From the NCBI GenBank assembly GCA_963693365.1, contig CAVNZM010000005.1, forward strand, positions 2,160,342-2,224,341: a stretch of DNA of 64,000 bases, written 5' to 3'. Shown piece after piece: positions 52,393-64,000 of the stretch. The notes beneath the pieces were generated by a model, which did not search any database, was not told the DNA's origin, and saw only the letters and a list, made by a program, of their open reading frames with translations. Source of the stretch: Amoebidium appalachense (taxonomy: Eukaryota; Protista; Ichthyosporea). Made by a program: the position numbers and the translations under genes. The first letter of the stretch is position 1. Every line of letters begins with the position of its first letter.

Positions 52393-53054
52393 AGGACCCA
52401 ACCACATCAAAAGAGTCAACTTGGCGAAAAGCAGTATAATATTCTGCAAAAAGCAGAATTATTCTGCAAAAAGCAGAATTATTCTGCAAAAGCAGAATCA
52501 CTTAGCGGAATTATTTTGCAAAAATCGGAATTATATTTATTCTGCAAAAGCAGAATCACCCTAACACGTACTGACGTGTTGCCGCACGTGCGACGTTTTA
52601 ACATCTACACAGGCGGCCCTTTTAAGAAAAGAAAAAAAAAGAAAAAGAAAGAAAGAAAGGAGACACCGCCTCAGTAGGTGGTAGAGAATCACCCTGCTTT
52701 TAGCAGAATAGAATTCTGCTTTTAGCAGAATTAATCCGAAAAAGCAGACTCACTCTGCTTTTAGCAGATATTATTCTACTTCTAGCAGCATTATTCGGCA
52801 AGAAGCAAAATACTATTGAAATCTGCTTTTACAGTAGTGGAATAATTCTGCTTACTGGATTGATCGTGCAGGTTTTAGCAGCTTGATTCTGCTTTTGCAG
52901 AATAATTCTGCTTAAAGCAGAGTGATTCTGCTTTTGTATAATAATCCTGAAGTAGCAGAACTCTCTTTGAATTCTGCTTTTTACAGGATAACTCTGCTTT
53001 TTGCTGAATAATTCTGCCCGGAGCAAGTTGACTCAGCTGACGTGGTTGGGCCCT
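52393..53054. mobile_element. Foldback/MITE-like non-autonomous DNA element with ~30-bp imperfect terminal inverted repeats and subterminal palindromic repeats
   Basis: Left end AGGACCCAACCACATCAAAAGAGTCAACTTG; reverse complement of right end AGGGCCCAACCACGTCAGCTGAGTCAACTTG. Internal arrays of ATTCTGCAAAAAGCAGAATT-like units (52441-52560) and TTCTGCTTTT..GCAGAAT units (52690-53017). Confidence 0.7.
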
Positions 53055-53497
53055 TTTCTGTGTGTGTGCGAGCTTGCGCATGTCTATGGGCGAGCACGCG
53101 GGCTGCACGTGTGTATGTGTGTATCCGCGCGCGTACACAAGCACACGTGTGCACGCCCGTATGTACTATTTATGTGTATTCAATTGGCAATAGTTGGTGT
53201 GTGTGCCATGTGTGTGTGTTTCCGGTTGGTGGAGAGAGGGAGAGGGGGTGGGCCCGGACTGGTTACGTTTATTGCTCTGCTTTCGGGTCGGGGCCCGGAG
53301 TCATGAACCTCTTCCTAGGCGTCGGAGTGGCACCGCATTGCATTGCTCAATCGCGACACTGGAACTTGAAGTACGAGCATGCGTCACGCGCGCGCACACA
53401 CACACACACGGCACACACACACACACATACACACCCACACCGTTAGTAACACACACACGCCGTTAGTAACACACACACACACACACACCGTCACACT

Positions 53498-53610
<113 letters not shown>

Positions 53611-53613
53611 TAC

Positions 53614-53647
<34 letters not shown>

Positions 53648-53767
53648 TTGCGGGGACGCACACACACACGGAGACTCGGAGGGAATTCGGGGGGTGAGGG
53701 GGAGGGAAAGAGAGAGGGGAGAAGAAGAGAGGGGGGGGGGGGGGGGGGGGGGCAAGAGATAGAGAGG

Positions 53768-53814
<47 letters not shown>

Positions 53815-54624
53815 GGGGAGAGAAAGATCTAGAGGGTTGAAGGGGGCCGGGGGGGTGAGGGGGGGGGGGGGGGGGGGAGCCTTAACCGGAATGAGTCGAA
53901 AGAGAGGGGGGAGGGAGAGTTAGCTCTACTAGGAGGCTAGAGCTCGAGAGTGATATCAAGAGGAGGGAGGCGGGGGGAAGGGGGGGGGGGGGGGGGGGGA
54001 AGACAGACACACACTTTGAAATGCGTCACGCACAACTTGCAATGTCATGCATATACATGTCGAAGAACTACAGACTACGTGCCACACACACACTGCATGC
54101 ATATGACGGGTGCAGCTGCAGCTTGTGTGCCATGCATGATACTCACACACCGACATCATTATGGCCTATCCGCGTGGCTTCTGTAACCGCGGTCCGCTAC
54201 CCAGCACTCGTCAAGTTGTCCCTCCGTGTCCGGCCGCTTGGACACGTACAAAAAATAGCTGGTTTAGAGTCGGGACTCGGCACATGCTGATGATGAGATG
54301 AAGATAGATAATAATAAGCACAAACGTTACTACTGCCCTCTCACGTGTGCTGGTCATCATCTAGTGCCACGCCATAATGAGCCATGGGCTAAACAGTATA
54401 CGTAGGGCTCCCTTTCGTAAAAACGGTTTTTTTTAATATCATTATACGTAAGCGTGACGGGGGGTCGGAGACAATAAAGTTAGGACATATATAGGAATTC
54501 CCCCCGGGGCTAAAAGGTTTAAAAAAAGTACAATTATTTCAATTTCTTTTTCCCGCCGACGGAATGTATACCTTGGGAAGCCGACGCGAGGCTGGGAACT
54601 TGTTACCCGGATCACGGTCCATTG

Positions 54625-55244
54625 CTGTGCTTGATGGCGACACTTGACTATTTTTTTGTAGCAACGTTAACCATAAAACGTCCTCACGGTGACACGTGTT
54701 AGATCTATGGCGAATAGGAAGTTTCATCGAGACTATACGCGTGAGTCGGTGGTGCAGCACTGCAGGCAGCCAATCGTCGGCCGGTCACCCAATAGCCAAT
54801 AAAATGCAAGTTCGGTATAAAACATTGTGTTAGATTGATTCTGTGCTTGATGGCGACACTTGACTATTTTTTTGTAGCAACCGTAAAACGTACTCACGGT
54901 GACACGTGTTAGATCTATGGCGAATAGGAAGTTTCATCGAGACTGTCACGCGTGAATCGGTGCAGCACTGCAGGCAGCCAATCGTCGGCCGGTCACCTAA
55001 TAGCCAATAAATGCAAGTTCGGTATAAAACATTATGTTAGATTGATTCTGTGCTTGATGGCGACACTTGACTATTTTTTTGTAGCAACCGTAAAACGTCC
55101 TCACGGTGACACGTGTTAGATCTATGGCGAATAGGAAGTTTCATCGAGACTGTCATGCGTGAATCGGTGCAGCCAATCGTCGGCCGGTCACCCAATAGCC
55201 AATAAAATGCAAGTTCGGTATAAAACATTGTGTTAGATTGATTC
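54625..55244. repeat. Tandem array of three ~196-216-bp units
   Basis: CTGTGCTTGATGGCGACAC restarts at 54625, 54841 and 55048; units are nearly identical apart from small indels. Confidence 0.92.
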
Positions 55245-56662
55245 TATGCAGCAGCGGTAACTCTTTGTTAAAAAAAAAAAAAAGGCAAGGGGAAGAATTC
55301 GTGTGTGTTAACACATGTTGTATACGAGATAGTAATGGCAAATGCTACGGCAATTTTCCATGACGGGCGAAGCCCTTGTGTGCGCATGTCTCATCTTCCT
55401 GCAGGACCTACAAACCTAGCCATCATGGTCCGGATCCTGAGAGGGCCGCGCCGGAGTTGACTGCATGCACCTGTATGCAGTGCATGGCCGCGGGGAAACC
55501 ATGCACTCATTTATTCACTAAGGTACCTAATTAGAGAGAGCGTATTATAGATATGCCTCCATAAAAATCGCTGCTCGTACGAATTTGTTTTACTATGATG
55601 TTCACGGCTGTATACCTTCGGGAAGTTCAAGAAGGACAAATTTCATCGATATCATCTGCAGGCCAGCAGAGTTGATGATGAGTATACGGCATGGCGCAAA
55701 CAGTCGAACATTCCAGCGTGACTGGGGTCTTTCAAGCAACACGTAAAACTACAATCTTATCACTTACTCCGCGTGACCCGAATGTATTCCTAATTTGCAC
55801 ATAAAGCGTATATAAAAAATTGCCAGAGTTCTAAATATGCCAAAAAAAAAAAATATAAATTGCTAAAAACGTAATAAAGAATGTTGTACTATGATATTTA
55901 GGAATCGTGCATGTTTCCATGTTATGGAAAAGCGTTCAATTTACATTTCCGAATCTATGTTGGTTGGGGGTGGAGACTGCTCATAAGAAGGGCTTCGCCC
56001 AAAATATTCATAACAGACAGCTGCAGATAGACTCTCACTATGATTGTATATTATGCGAAAACCCGTTTCCACACAATGCATTCCAGATAAGATTCCAGCC
56101 ACATTCCGCAGTCATTCCAAGATGGTGCCATGCAAATAGTTCGCACATGCATGCCAACGGGTGCACGCAAATGATGGTGGAATAATGCCCGCGCCTCTTT
56201 CTCAGCTTCTTTTGTTCTTTATTACTAACCAAAGGGTATTAGCATGTTGTCCCTGTTATTACATTGTTAAACAATGAACAATGTAATGTGCTCAGTGTCT
56301 TGCATGCATAGCACGCACGCATTTAAAATAGAAAATTATATTCCCAAGATAGTATCAATGGGAACACTACGCATAAACTTTGATAGCAACCATCACAGCT
56401 CGACCGTCGGGTGCTGAATTCAGTACTGTAGCATCATGGCGTGGGTAAAGTATATATAGTTAATGACCCATTACTTTCGGCTCTTAGTAGAACTTTAACA
56501 TATTGAAGTATAATACTATCGTATGAGCTGATTAAAGCAACTCACTCGCGATCATATGGATACATGATAGACAACGTGATCAATAATAGAGGCATATGTT
56601 CCCTGGGTTGTGTCAAGTGAGGAGTTCTTTTCTCGGGAGGGCTAAGGCTATGTGTTGCATGT

Positions 56663-57940
56663 ATGTATACACTGTATAATTCAGTGCCCCTTGAAAAGTT
56701 TTCGCAGTCAGCGCGGTGTTTAGCCCCTGTGTGTGCAGCACATTTCAGACCCTTAGCACAACACTCGCGGTTGAAGTTTTTGTTGCAACTTCTCAGCTCG
56801 CTGCTTTTCCTCCAGACACAATGTCACGCTGCCGATGTGACCGTCTTTGCAGGAACAGACACTCTAGCACAGTCCATACAGGCAGCAGACGATGGAGACA
56901 CACTCCTTCTGTCGGGCCTTTACACCATCAGCACATCCACGGTGTGGGTCAACAAAACCATTTATTTCATGGGAACACAGAACACGGTGATTGAATTTGG
57001 CAGTGCAGGGCCAACCAACATGGAGTCCACGCCTGTTCCCACTGTGGGGTTTGTGCTGTCACCCACGGGCCTGGAGTCGAGTTTTCGAGGGGTGGTGCTG
57101 CGGGGGTCCAGTGGGGGCACGGCATGTGGGCTGGTGCAGCCGCAGGCACTGAACATGTCGTTTGCCGTGGAGGTGGTCGATGTGAAGCTGCAGAGCAACC
57201 ACGTGAGGCTGCTGGCAGGTGCGTGTGCCAATGTCATTGACACTCAAATAAATGTGTTTAGATATCTTCAGCCATTTACCACCACGTTAATGGTCATCCT
57301 GGTGGGCCCATTACTACAGTAGCATGGTGCTGTGTTTTTGCACACAGACCTTGGACCGATGTACTCCAGTCGCCACATCAACAGCCTTCGCTATGGCTCC
57401 TGCTCCGTCTCCCCCACAATTTTAAACCCCGCAGTCACCTCGACCTCGGCCCTGCTTTCGGCCGCCACCTGCCACAGCTTTCTATTAATAGAAGTCGCCT
57501 TCAACCAGATTATGTCTTGCCAGCCCCAAAAGACCATAGGGTCCCGGTTTGCGTCGTATTTAAATTATTTAGAAGTAACAATGACAGAAACTGTTCCCGC
57601 ACCGAACAACTCTCTCTCTATGTTGGTTGGAGACATAAACCGCACTGGAAATGCGATCGCACCAATCCGATTAGTAATCGATCGCCAGCAATCTCTTAGT
57701 GCTGCAATCACCGTTTCAAAGAATATGGCCCAGTGGAAGCTTCAGGCAGTTATTACGAAGGTGGATTTCGATCCAAACACAAATACTTCCATGATCGATG
57801 TAACCCTGATCATGCCATATCCGATTGTGGTCGATTACAATACCACCGGTCCGATCTCCAAGATCAGCACCACCATGCCTGTGTCTGTCACCCCGTGGAC
57901 GATGGTCGATCCTGCTTGCAACGGCACACCAAATGTAAGC

Positions 57941-57994
<54 letters not shown>

Positions 57995-58970
57995 GGCTCC
58001 TCCTCCCCCGCGGTCCCCTCGCCCCCCCCTCCCCCCCCCCCCCCCCCCCCCCCCCGGGGTCGCCCCTGGAAAAAGGTGAAGAAATTTCGCATCCATCTAG
58101 GAGAAGCAACACTTACAGATAAGCACAAGCTTCTCAGAATTGTCAGCTCGAAAGGTGATTCAACTGCAGAAACAAGAGGGCTGAGTCACTTCTTTGTGTA
58201 TCACTGCAGAAGGGAGGGGGGGGGGGGGGGGGAGGAGGGGGGGGGGGCTCTACTAGTTGAGTGTAGAGATGAACGACATTCATGCTGCATTGTGCGGACC
58301 AATAAAACTCTCGCGACCAGAAATCAGGTGCCCTAACACAAATCATGAAAATACACCCACCCGTACGTATGCACACAACCATGCATGCACACACGCACGC
58401 ACCTGGCAGTGCGCGTGCGCGCACACACACGCACACACGCAAATGCGCCACGACCTGCACACACACACTCTCTCTCTCTCTCCCACACACACTCTCACAC
58501 ATACTCACCGCCATCATACCGGTACCTCAGGGCAAGGCATGCGCACAGAAACTCCAATTCAACACAACGGCCTGCGTCATCACCGGCAACTACCTAATTA
58601 GGGATCTACCAATCAACTGTCAGAAAAATGGGCCCTTTGGTCAGCCATTGGACGACAGGCTTTGCCCCGTAGTGTCTGGGGAGACAGCCAACGTGACCAT
58701 CTACCTGGCCTCTACCGATCTGTGTGCCCAATCACAGACTAACCCTGTGCCATTGGGCGGTGCACCATTCGACCCATCCATTGAACTTTGGTATGTTGTC
58801 GCACTTTCAGATCCCCCCCCCCCCCCCCATCCCCCCCCCTACCCCCCCCCCCCCCCTCCCTCTCCCCTCCCTCCCCTTCCCCTACTCTGCCTCCCCTCCC
58901 CCAGCCATACCCTCTTTTGCTTTTGCAAAAATTTTGCAGCGGACAGAAGAGGGAGAAGGGTGGGGGGGGG

Positions 58971-59002
<32 letters not shown>

Positions 59003-59135
59003 AGGTAGTAATTACACGATTTTCTCGTGGTGTGTCTGTGTGTGTGTGTGTGTTTGTTTGTGTGACAGCGTCTGTGGGGAGGGGAGGGGAGGGGGGGGGA
59101 GGGAGGGGGGCATTACACGATGTTCTCGTGGTGTG

Positions 59136-59205
<70 letters not shown>

Positions 59206-61140
59206 CGTGTGGGTGTGTATGTGTGGTTGATTAAAGGTCACGGTAACAATATGTCTGACAAAGTTTCAGGGGGTAATTTGGGTGCGTGTCTGCACACTTT
59301 GCAGCCTCTCCCCCCCCCCCCCCCCCCCCGCCCCTCCCCCTCTACCCCGTCCCCCCTCCCCCCCTCCCCTCCCCCCCCGTCCCCTCCCCCTCCCCACTCT
59401 CCTCTCCTTGCCCTTACCGCTCCTCACGGCCAACCCACATCTGCCATGGATTGCTCTTTGGGTTATCCTGCTCTGAATGTCCTGTGCTTTCATTACGGTC
59501 TGCCTGCGTACCCCACCTTCTTATTTGGAAATTTTTGTTTGCAGGTATGACGAATCAAGAACAAGACCCATCTTTGCCAACAACACCGTTCCCCTTGGCG
59601 CAAACTTGTTCTTTAACATCAACCTCAAACCAACGGCAGAACTCGGTATCGAAATTAAAGAAGCGATCTTAGTGGATATTCTTCGCCAGGCGGATTCCTC
59701 GGCAGCCAATCAGACTGAGAGATGCCCCGAAATGCACATTCCATTGCAGCCACAGACCACATCAAGACGGGGCCGTGGGCTCAGTGTGGCCAGTTTTATG
59801 CCCCTCACCACTGAAAACACGTGTGTGCAGCTCATCAACACCGGTGGGTCCCCCCCTCCCCTCCCCCTCCCTTCCCCTCTCCCCCCCCCCCCTCTCCCCC
59901 CCGTCCTCCTAACCCCTCCCTCCTCCCCTTCCCCTTTCTCCCTCCCCCCCTCCCCCCCAAAGTTCTTTTCAGTGAGTTTCCTTGTCCATTGTCAGGTCGC
60001 ATGATTATTAGCTCTTTCCAAGCACATTGAGGGGTAAGTTTTTTCTCTTCCCTTTTTTCCCTTTCTTTCTTTCTTCCTTTTTTTTTTTTTTGGGAAGGGG
60101 GGCTGGGGGGGGGGGGGGGGGGGGGGGAAGGCTGCGGTGACCCTCAAACACACAAGCTTGGCCCTTTATTTTTCCTCCATTTCGTGGATTGCGCATGCAG
60201 AGTTATGAAAAATGTGCCTAACATATCCTTTCTCCCCCTTCAGGCACGCCCAACAGCACGACTCTCTCCACGGAGCCAGGCAACACAGGCATGATGCTGC
60301 AGCTTGGTGCCGGCACCAGACTAGCAGCCCTGGCCGTGGGATATGCCGGGAATATCTCCTCACTCAAATTGTGCCAGGTGCAGCTGCGTGGATATACTGG
60401 GCCGGGATATACGGGCAGGGTTTCTGTGTATGGTTCCTCAGAGCCGGGTCCTTGCCAGGTTGTTGATCTTTCCGGTGTGTGACCCTCTTCCCCCCTCCCC
60501 CCTCCCCCCTCCCCCCTCCTCCCCTCCCCCCCCCCCCCCCCCCCCCCATCCCCCCCCTCCCTCCCCCTCTTTTTCCACTCTCCCATGGGATTGAAAAACT
60601 CGGCTAAGAGTATCGTAACAAGAGAGAGGCAGCAGCAGGCGAGGGGATGTGAGGGGAAGGGGGGGGGGGGGGGGGGTTGATGAGAAACGAACACACTAGG
60701 CTGTCTTGATTTATACTACATGGGGCTATAACATTGGGGGGGTGGGGGTGGGGGAGAGGAGGATGGGGTGGAGGGGGGACTCGGAAGGGGGAGTTCACGG
60801 GCAAATGTCTTGACACCGTTTGGTGGACGTTATGGGATCTTCTGATGTGTCTTTGTGCACATAGTATGTGCAAAGAAGCGCCCATATTGTGCACTTTGAT
60901 GTACATGGACACTCACTGCAGTGTTACGTGGCAGGTGCGGATGACAACGCGTTCCAATCCTTGGAAGTCTCTCCCTTTGCAGGTACCCCCTTACCCCCCC
61001 CCCCCCCCTCCCCCTTCCCCTCCCCTCCCCCTCCCCCCCCCCCAAAAAAAAAGAAGTTCCTTTGCCCTCCTTACCTATCCCCCTCCCCCCCCCCCCCTCC
61101 TTCCCTCCCCTCTCCCCTCCCCCCCCCCCCCCCCCCCCCC

Positions 61141-61171
<31 letters not shown>

Positions 61172-62773
61172 GCCAAACACGAGTTCCTCATTTGCAATGC
61201 ACCTCGTCGGGTTTCAATGCGGTTTTTAATTTATCATGCATTTCTGTCAATTAACACACATTCCGCAAAATAGACTATTTTTCCTCCCAACCCCAACCAA
61301 GAGCCCCCTCCCCCCCCCCCCCCCCCCCCTCTTCCCAAACAAGGAGGATGAAGAAAGAAAAGACTTGAATACTAGCAACGGACCCCCCCCCCCCCCCCCC
61401 CCCCCCACCTACCCCCCCATTGCCCGCCCGCTCCTCCATGCCGCCCAAAGCAAGGAGGAAAGAAATAGGAAAAAAGTAATAGCAACGAAGCGAAATTGTT
61501 GGTGAAGGGGGGTGTTGAGGGGGGGGGGGGGGGGGGGGGGGGGGAATCCACGTGTGAGTCATCCTTATCGACATTACCATTACACCCATCCCACAACCTA
61601 ACCAACCGTTTGCCGTTGCCAACGCAAACCCCCCTCTGTTCAACCACAGCAACCCCCGACACGGCCACCATATTTACGGAACACGGCACCACGGGTTATT
61701 TCGACCACCTGCCGGCCGGGGCACGAATCCAGTCAGTTTCTGGGTCGGTGCAGACGTCCATATCGTCCATGATCTTATGTGGGGTCCAGATCAAAGCTTA
61801 TACGGGGACATGGTATACCGGCAACATGTACACTTTTGGCTCGGGTACTCCGGGAGTGTGTGAAACAGTGGAGCTCAACGGTGCAACCCCCCCCCTCCCC
61901 CCCCCCCCCCCCCCCCCCCCTCCCTCCCCCCCCCCCCCCCCCCCGCCTCCCCCTCCTCCCCTCCTTTTGCTCTCTCCCTCTCTCCCCCCCCCCCCCCCCC
62001 CCCCCCCCCACCCCCCAGCGCTCTCCCTCCTCTCCCCCTCCACCTACTGCAATCTTGCTGTAGATCAGGCAATTGAAGTGTCATACTTTCGTTTCTTCTT
62101 CTGTGTATAAATCTAAAGCCTAAAATCGACCGTCCAACCCTCTTCCCCCCATCCCCCCTCTCCCCCTCCTTCCATTCCGCCTGCACCCCCCCCTCCCCCC
62201 CCCACCCCTCCCTTCCCCCTTCGAACACACACAATCACACACCCACCTATACCCGTACCGTGCGCATGCACAGGCGCCTAAGTATCTACTTATCTCTCTT
62301 TCTTAGTCCCTTTCATTAGCCCAGCCCCTCCTTCCCCCATCCCCCCCCCCCCCTCCCCATTCCCCCCTCCTCCCCCCCTTTTCTTGTTGTGCAGGCCCAT
62401 CTATTTCCAATCACAATATGAAAGACATCCCTGCTTCCCCTTAGGCAAATAACAAGGGAGGAAGCAGTGAATGGGGCTGTGAGAATGGCAGGAGGGAAGG
62501 GCTGAAAGGTGGAAGGGGGCCCGGGGGGGGAAGGGGGGAGGGAGGAAGGGGAAGGAGTGGGGTTTTGGGGGGGGGGGGGGGGGGGGGGAGGGGGGAGGGG
62601 GGAGGGGGGGGAGGGGGGAAGGAAGACTCCGAGGGGAGGGGAGGGGGGGGGGGGAGGGGAACAGGTGAGCGAGAGGGGGGGGGGGGCGGTTTAGGGGGGG
62701 AAGGGGGGGGGGGGGGGGGGGAATGGGGTGTGCAGGGTGCAGGTGTGCAAAGGGTGTGTGTGTGTGGGGCGGG

Positions 62774-62807
<34 letters not shown>

Positions 62808-63367
62808 GGGGGGAAAGGGTGTTTTGGGGAATATGGACCGGGGAGGGGCTGAAAGGTGGAAGGGGACCGGGGGGAAGGGGGGAGGGAGGAAGGGAGAGGA
62901 GGTGGGTTTGGGGGGTGGGGGAGGGGGGGAGAAGACTCCGAGGGGAGCGGGGAGAGAGGGAGGGGGGACAGGTGAAGGGGGCAGGGGGGGTAAGGTGGAG
63001 TGGGGGGGGGAGGGGATAGGGGGTGCAGGTGTACAAGTGAGTGTGTGTGGAGGGGGCGGGGAGGAGGGGGAAAAGGGTGTTTTGGGGGATATGGATAGGG
63101 GAGGAAGGGATTCAGGTGTCTGCAGACAAATATGTATGCCCGTTGGTGTGTGTTTCTGAAAGCTGATCGGAGCTAAGAAGAAACCTTCCCACAATTCACA
63201 GTAAATATCTGCTCCATTATCTCAGTGACAACGGTGTGCATTTTAGCCGCTTACATTTGGCTGATTTGAAAGCCTGAGTCTACACGTTTCACTAGAATCT
63301 AACAATTTACCATTTTTGTCCACAGCTACCGACAATGCCATCAAGTCCCTCCGAGTGTCCCCTTGGG
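56663..63367 (+). CDS. Secreted multidomain protein, paralog B: signal peptide, beta-helix-like segment, ZP-like module, at least two beta/gamma-crystallin domains; 3' end beyond the window
   Basis: Phase-consistent exons 56663-57218, 57348-57934, 58531-58790, 59545-59843, 60244-60474, 60935-60982, 61650-61880, 63326-63367. Crystallin Greek-key pattern: [19 protein letters not shown]...[22 protein letters not shown]...DNAIKSLRV. Many N-x-S/T sequons. Confidence 0.78.
62500..63100. repeat. Degenerate G-rich ~0.3-kb tandem duplication in an intron of paralog B
   Basis: GGGCTGAAAGGTGGAAGGGG, GAAGACTCCGAGGGGA, ACAGGTGA, GGTGCAGGTGT and AAAGGGTGTTTTGGGG..ATATGGA each occur twice in order. Confidence 0.7.
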
Positions 63368-63425
63368 GTATTTGACCTCCCCCCTCCCCCCCCCCCCCCT
63401 CTCCCCCCCCCCCAAACACACTGTG

Positions 63426-63505
<80 letters not shown>

Positions 63506-64000
63506 AGACACACACACACATGCGCACACGTGGCCACCACCACCACCACCATCCCTCCCCCCCGGGCCCTCCTAACGTGCCTTGTCTCGAGTGTAACCCA
63601 ATGATGCCTAATAGCCGAGACACTGTAGTTTTTACTCATCTAAGCACAACGCACTATTCCAAAACAGCCCCCCCTCCCCCCCCCCCCTCCCCCCCCTCCC
63701 CTCTTTCAACCCCCTTATTCCCCTCCCCCGGGCACACTATCCGTGGTAGGAAAACAGTTCCATTGCTCGGCCGGGTGCTTGCTGACAGCAGTGAGGCACC
63801 GGGCCCGCTATAGAGTGGGGCTATGTGCTACCATATAAGACAATAGGAACATATCAGGTTGGCGCCCAAGCCACAAACGTTAAACTCTCTCATTGGACTA
63901 AGTGGTCATGTGAAATACTATATACAAAACCCCTCCTTCCCCTCTCCCTCCCCCCCCTCCCTCCCTCCCTCCTTCCCCTCCCCCCCCACCCCCCCCCCCC

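Noticed and set aside
52430-53020. CRISPR-like palindromic repeats
   Set aside because: There are no unique constant-length spacers and no cas genes, and the context is eukaryotic; the repeats lie inside terminal inverted repeats.
54280-54340. CTGATGA...AAACGTT minimal hammerhead (Penelope-type)
   Set aside because: The core GAAA is CAAA and stems I and II do not form convincingly; at best a decayed relic.

Overview
Eukaryotic, extremely intron-dense genomic DNA full of microsatellites and poly-C/G runs. A unicellular holozoan such as an ichthyosporean is my guess; the sequence alone cannot settle this. Almost all ORF-track entries are translations of simple repeats. By following GT-AG splice sites and codon phase by hand I reconstructed five genes. 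(1) A 5'-truncated DOCK-C (DOCK6/7/8-like) Rho GEF with about 60 tiny exons (221-35012, +). (2) An intronless single-domain cupin (-). (3) A three-exon gene fusing an NSF/CDC48-N-like region, a BTB/SKP1-like domain and a cytochrome b5 domain (+). (4, 5) Two paralogous secreted-protein genes (+); the longer one joins a beta-helix-like N-terminus, a ZP-like module and tandem beta/gamma-crystallin domains and runs off the window. Non-coding structure includes a multi-copy, highly base-paired ~330-bp intronic element, a foldback/MITE-like element, a 3x ~205-bp promoter-like tandem array and several local duplications. Many introns have C-tracts after the donor, G-tracts further 3', and acceptors lacking polypyrimidine tracts. 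No rRNA, intact tRNA or CRISPR array was seen.
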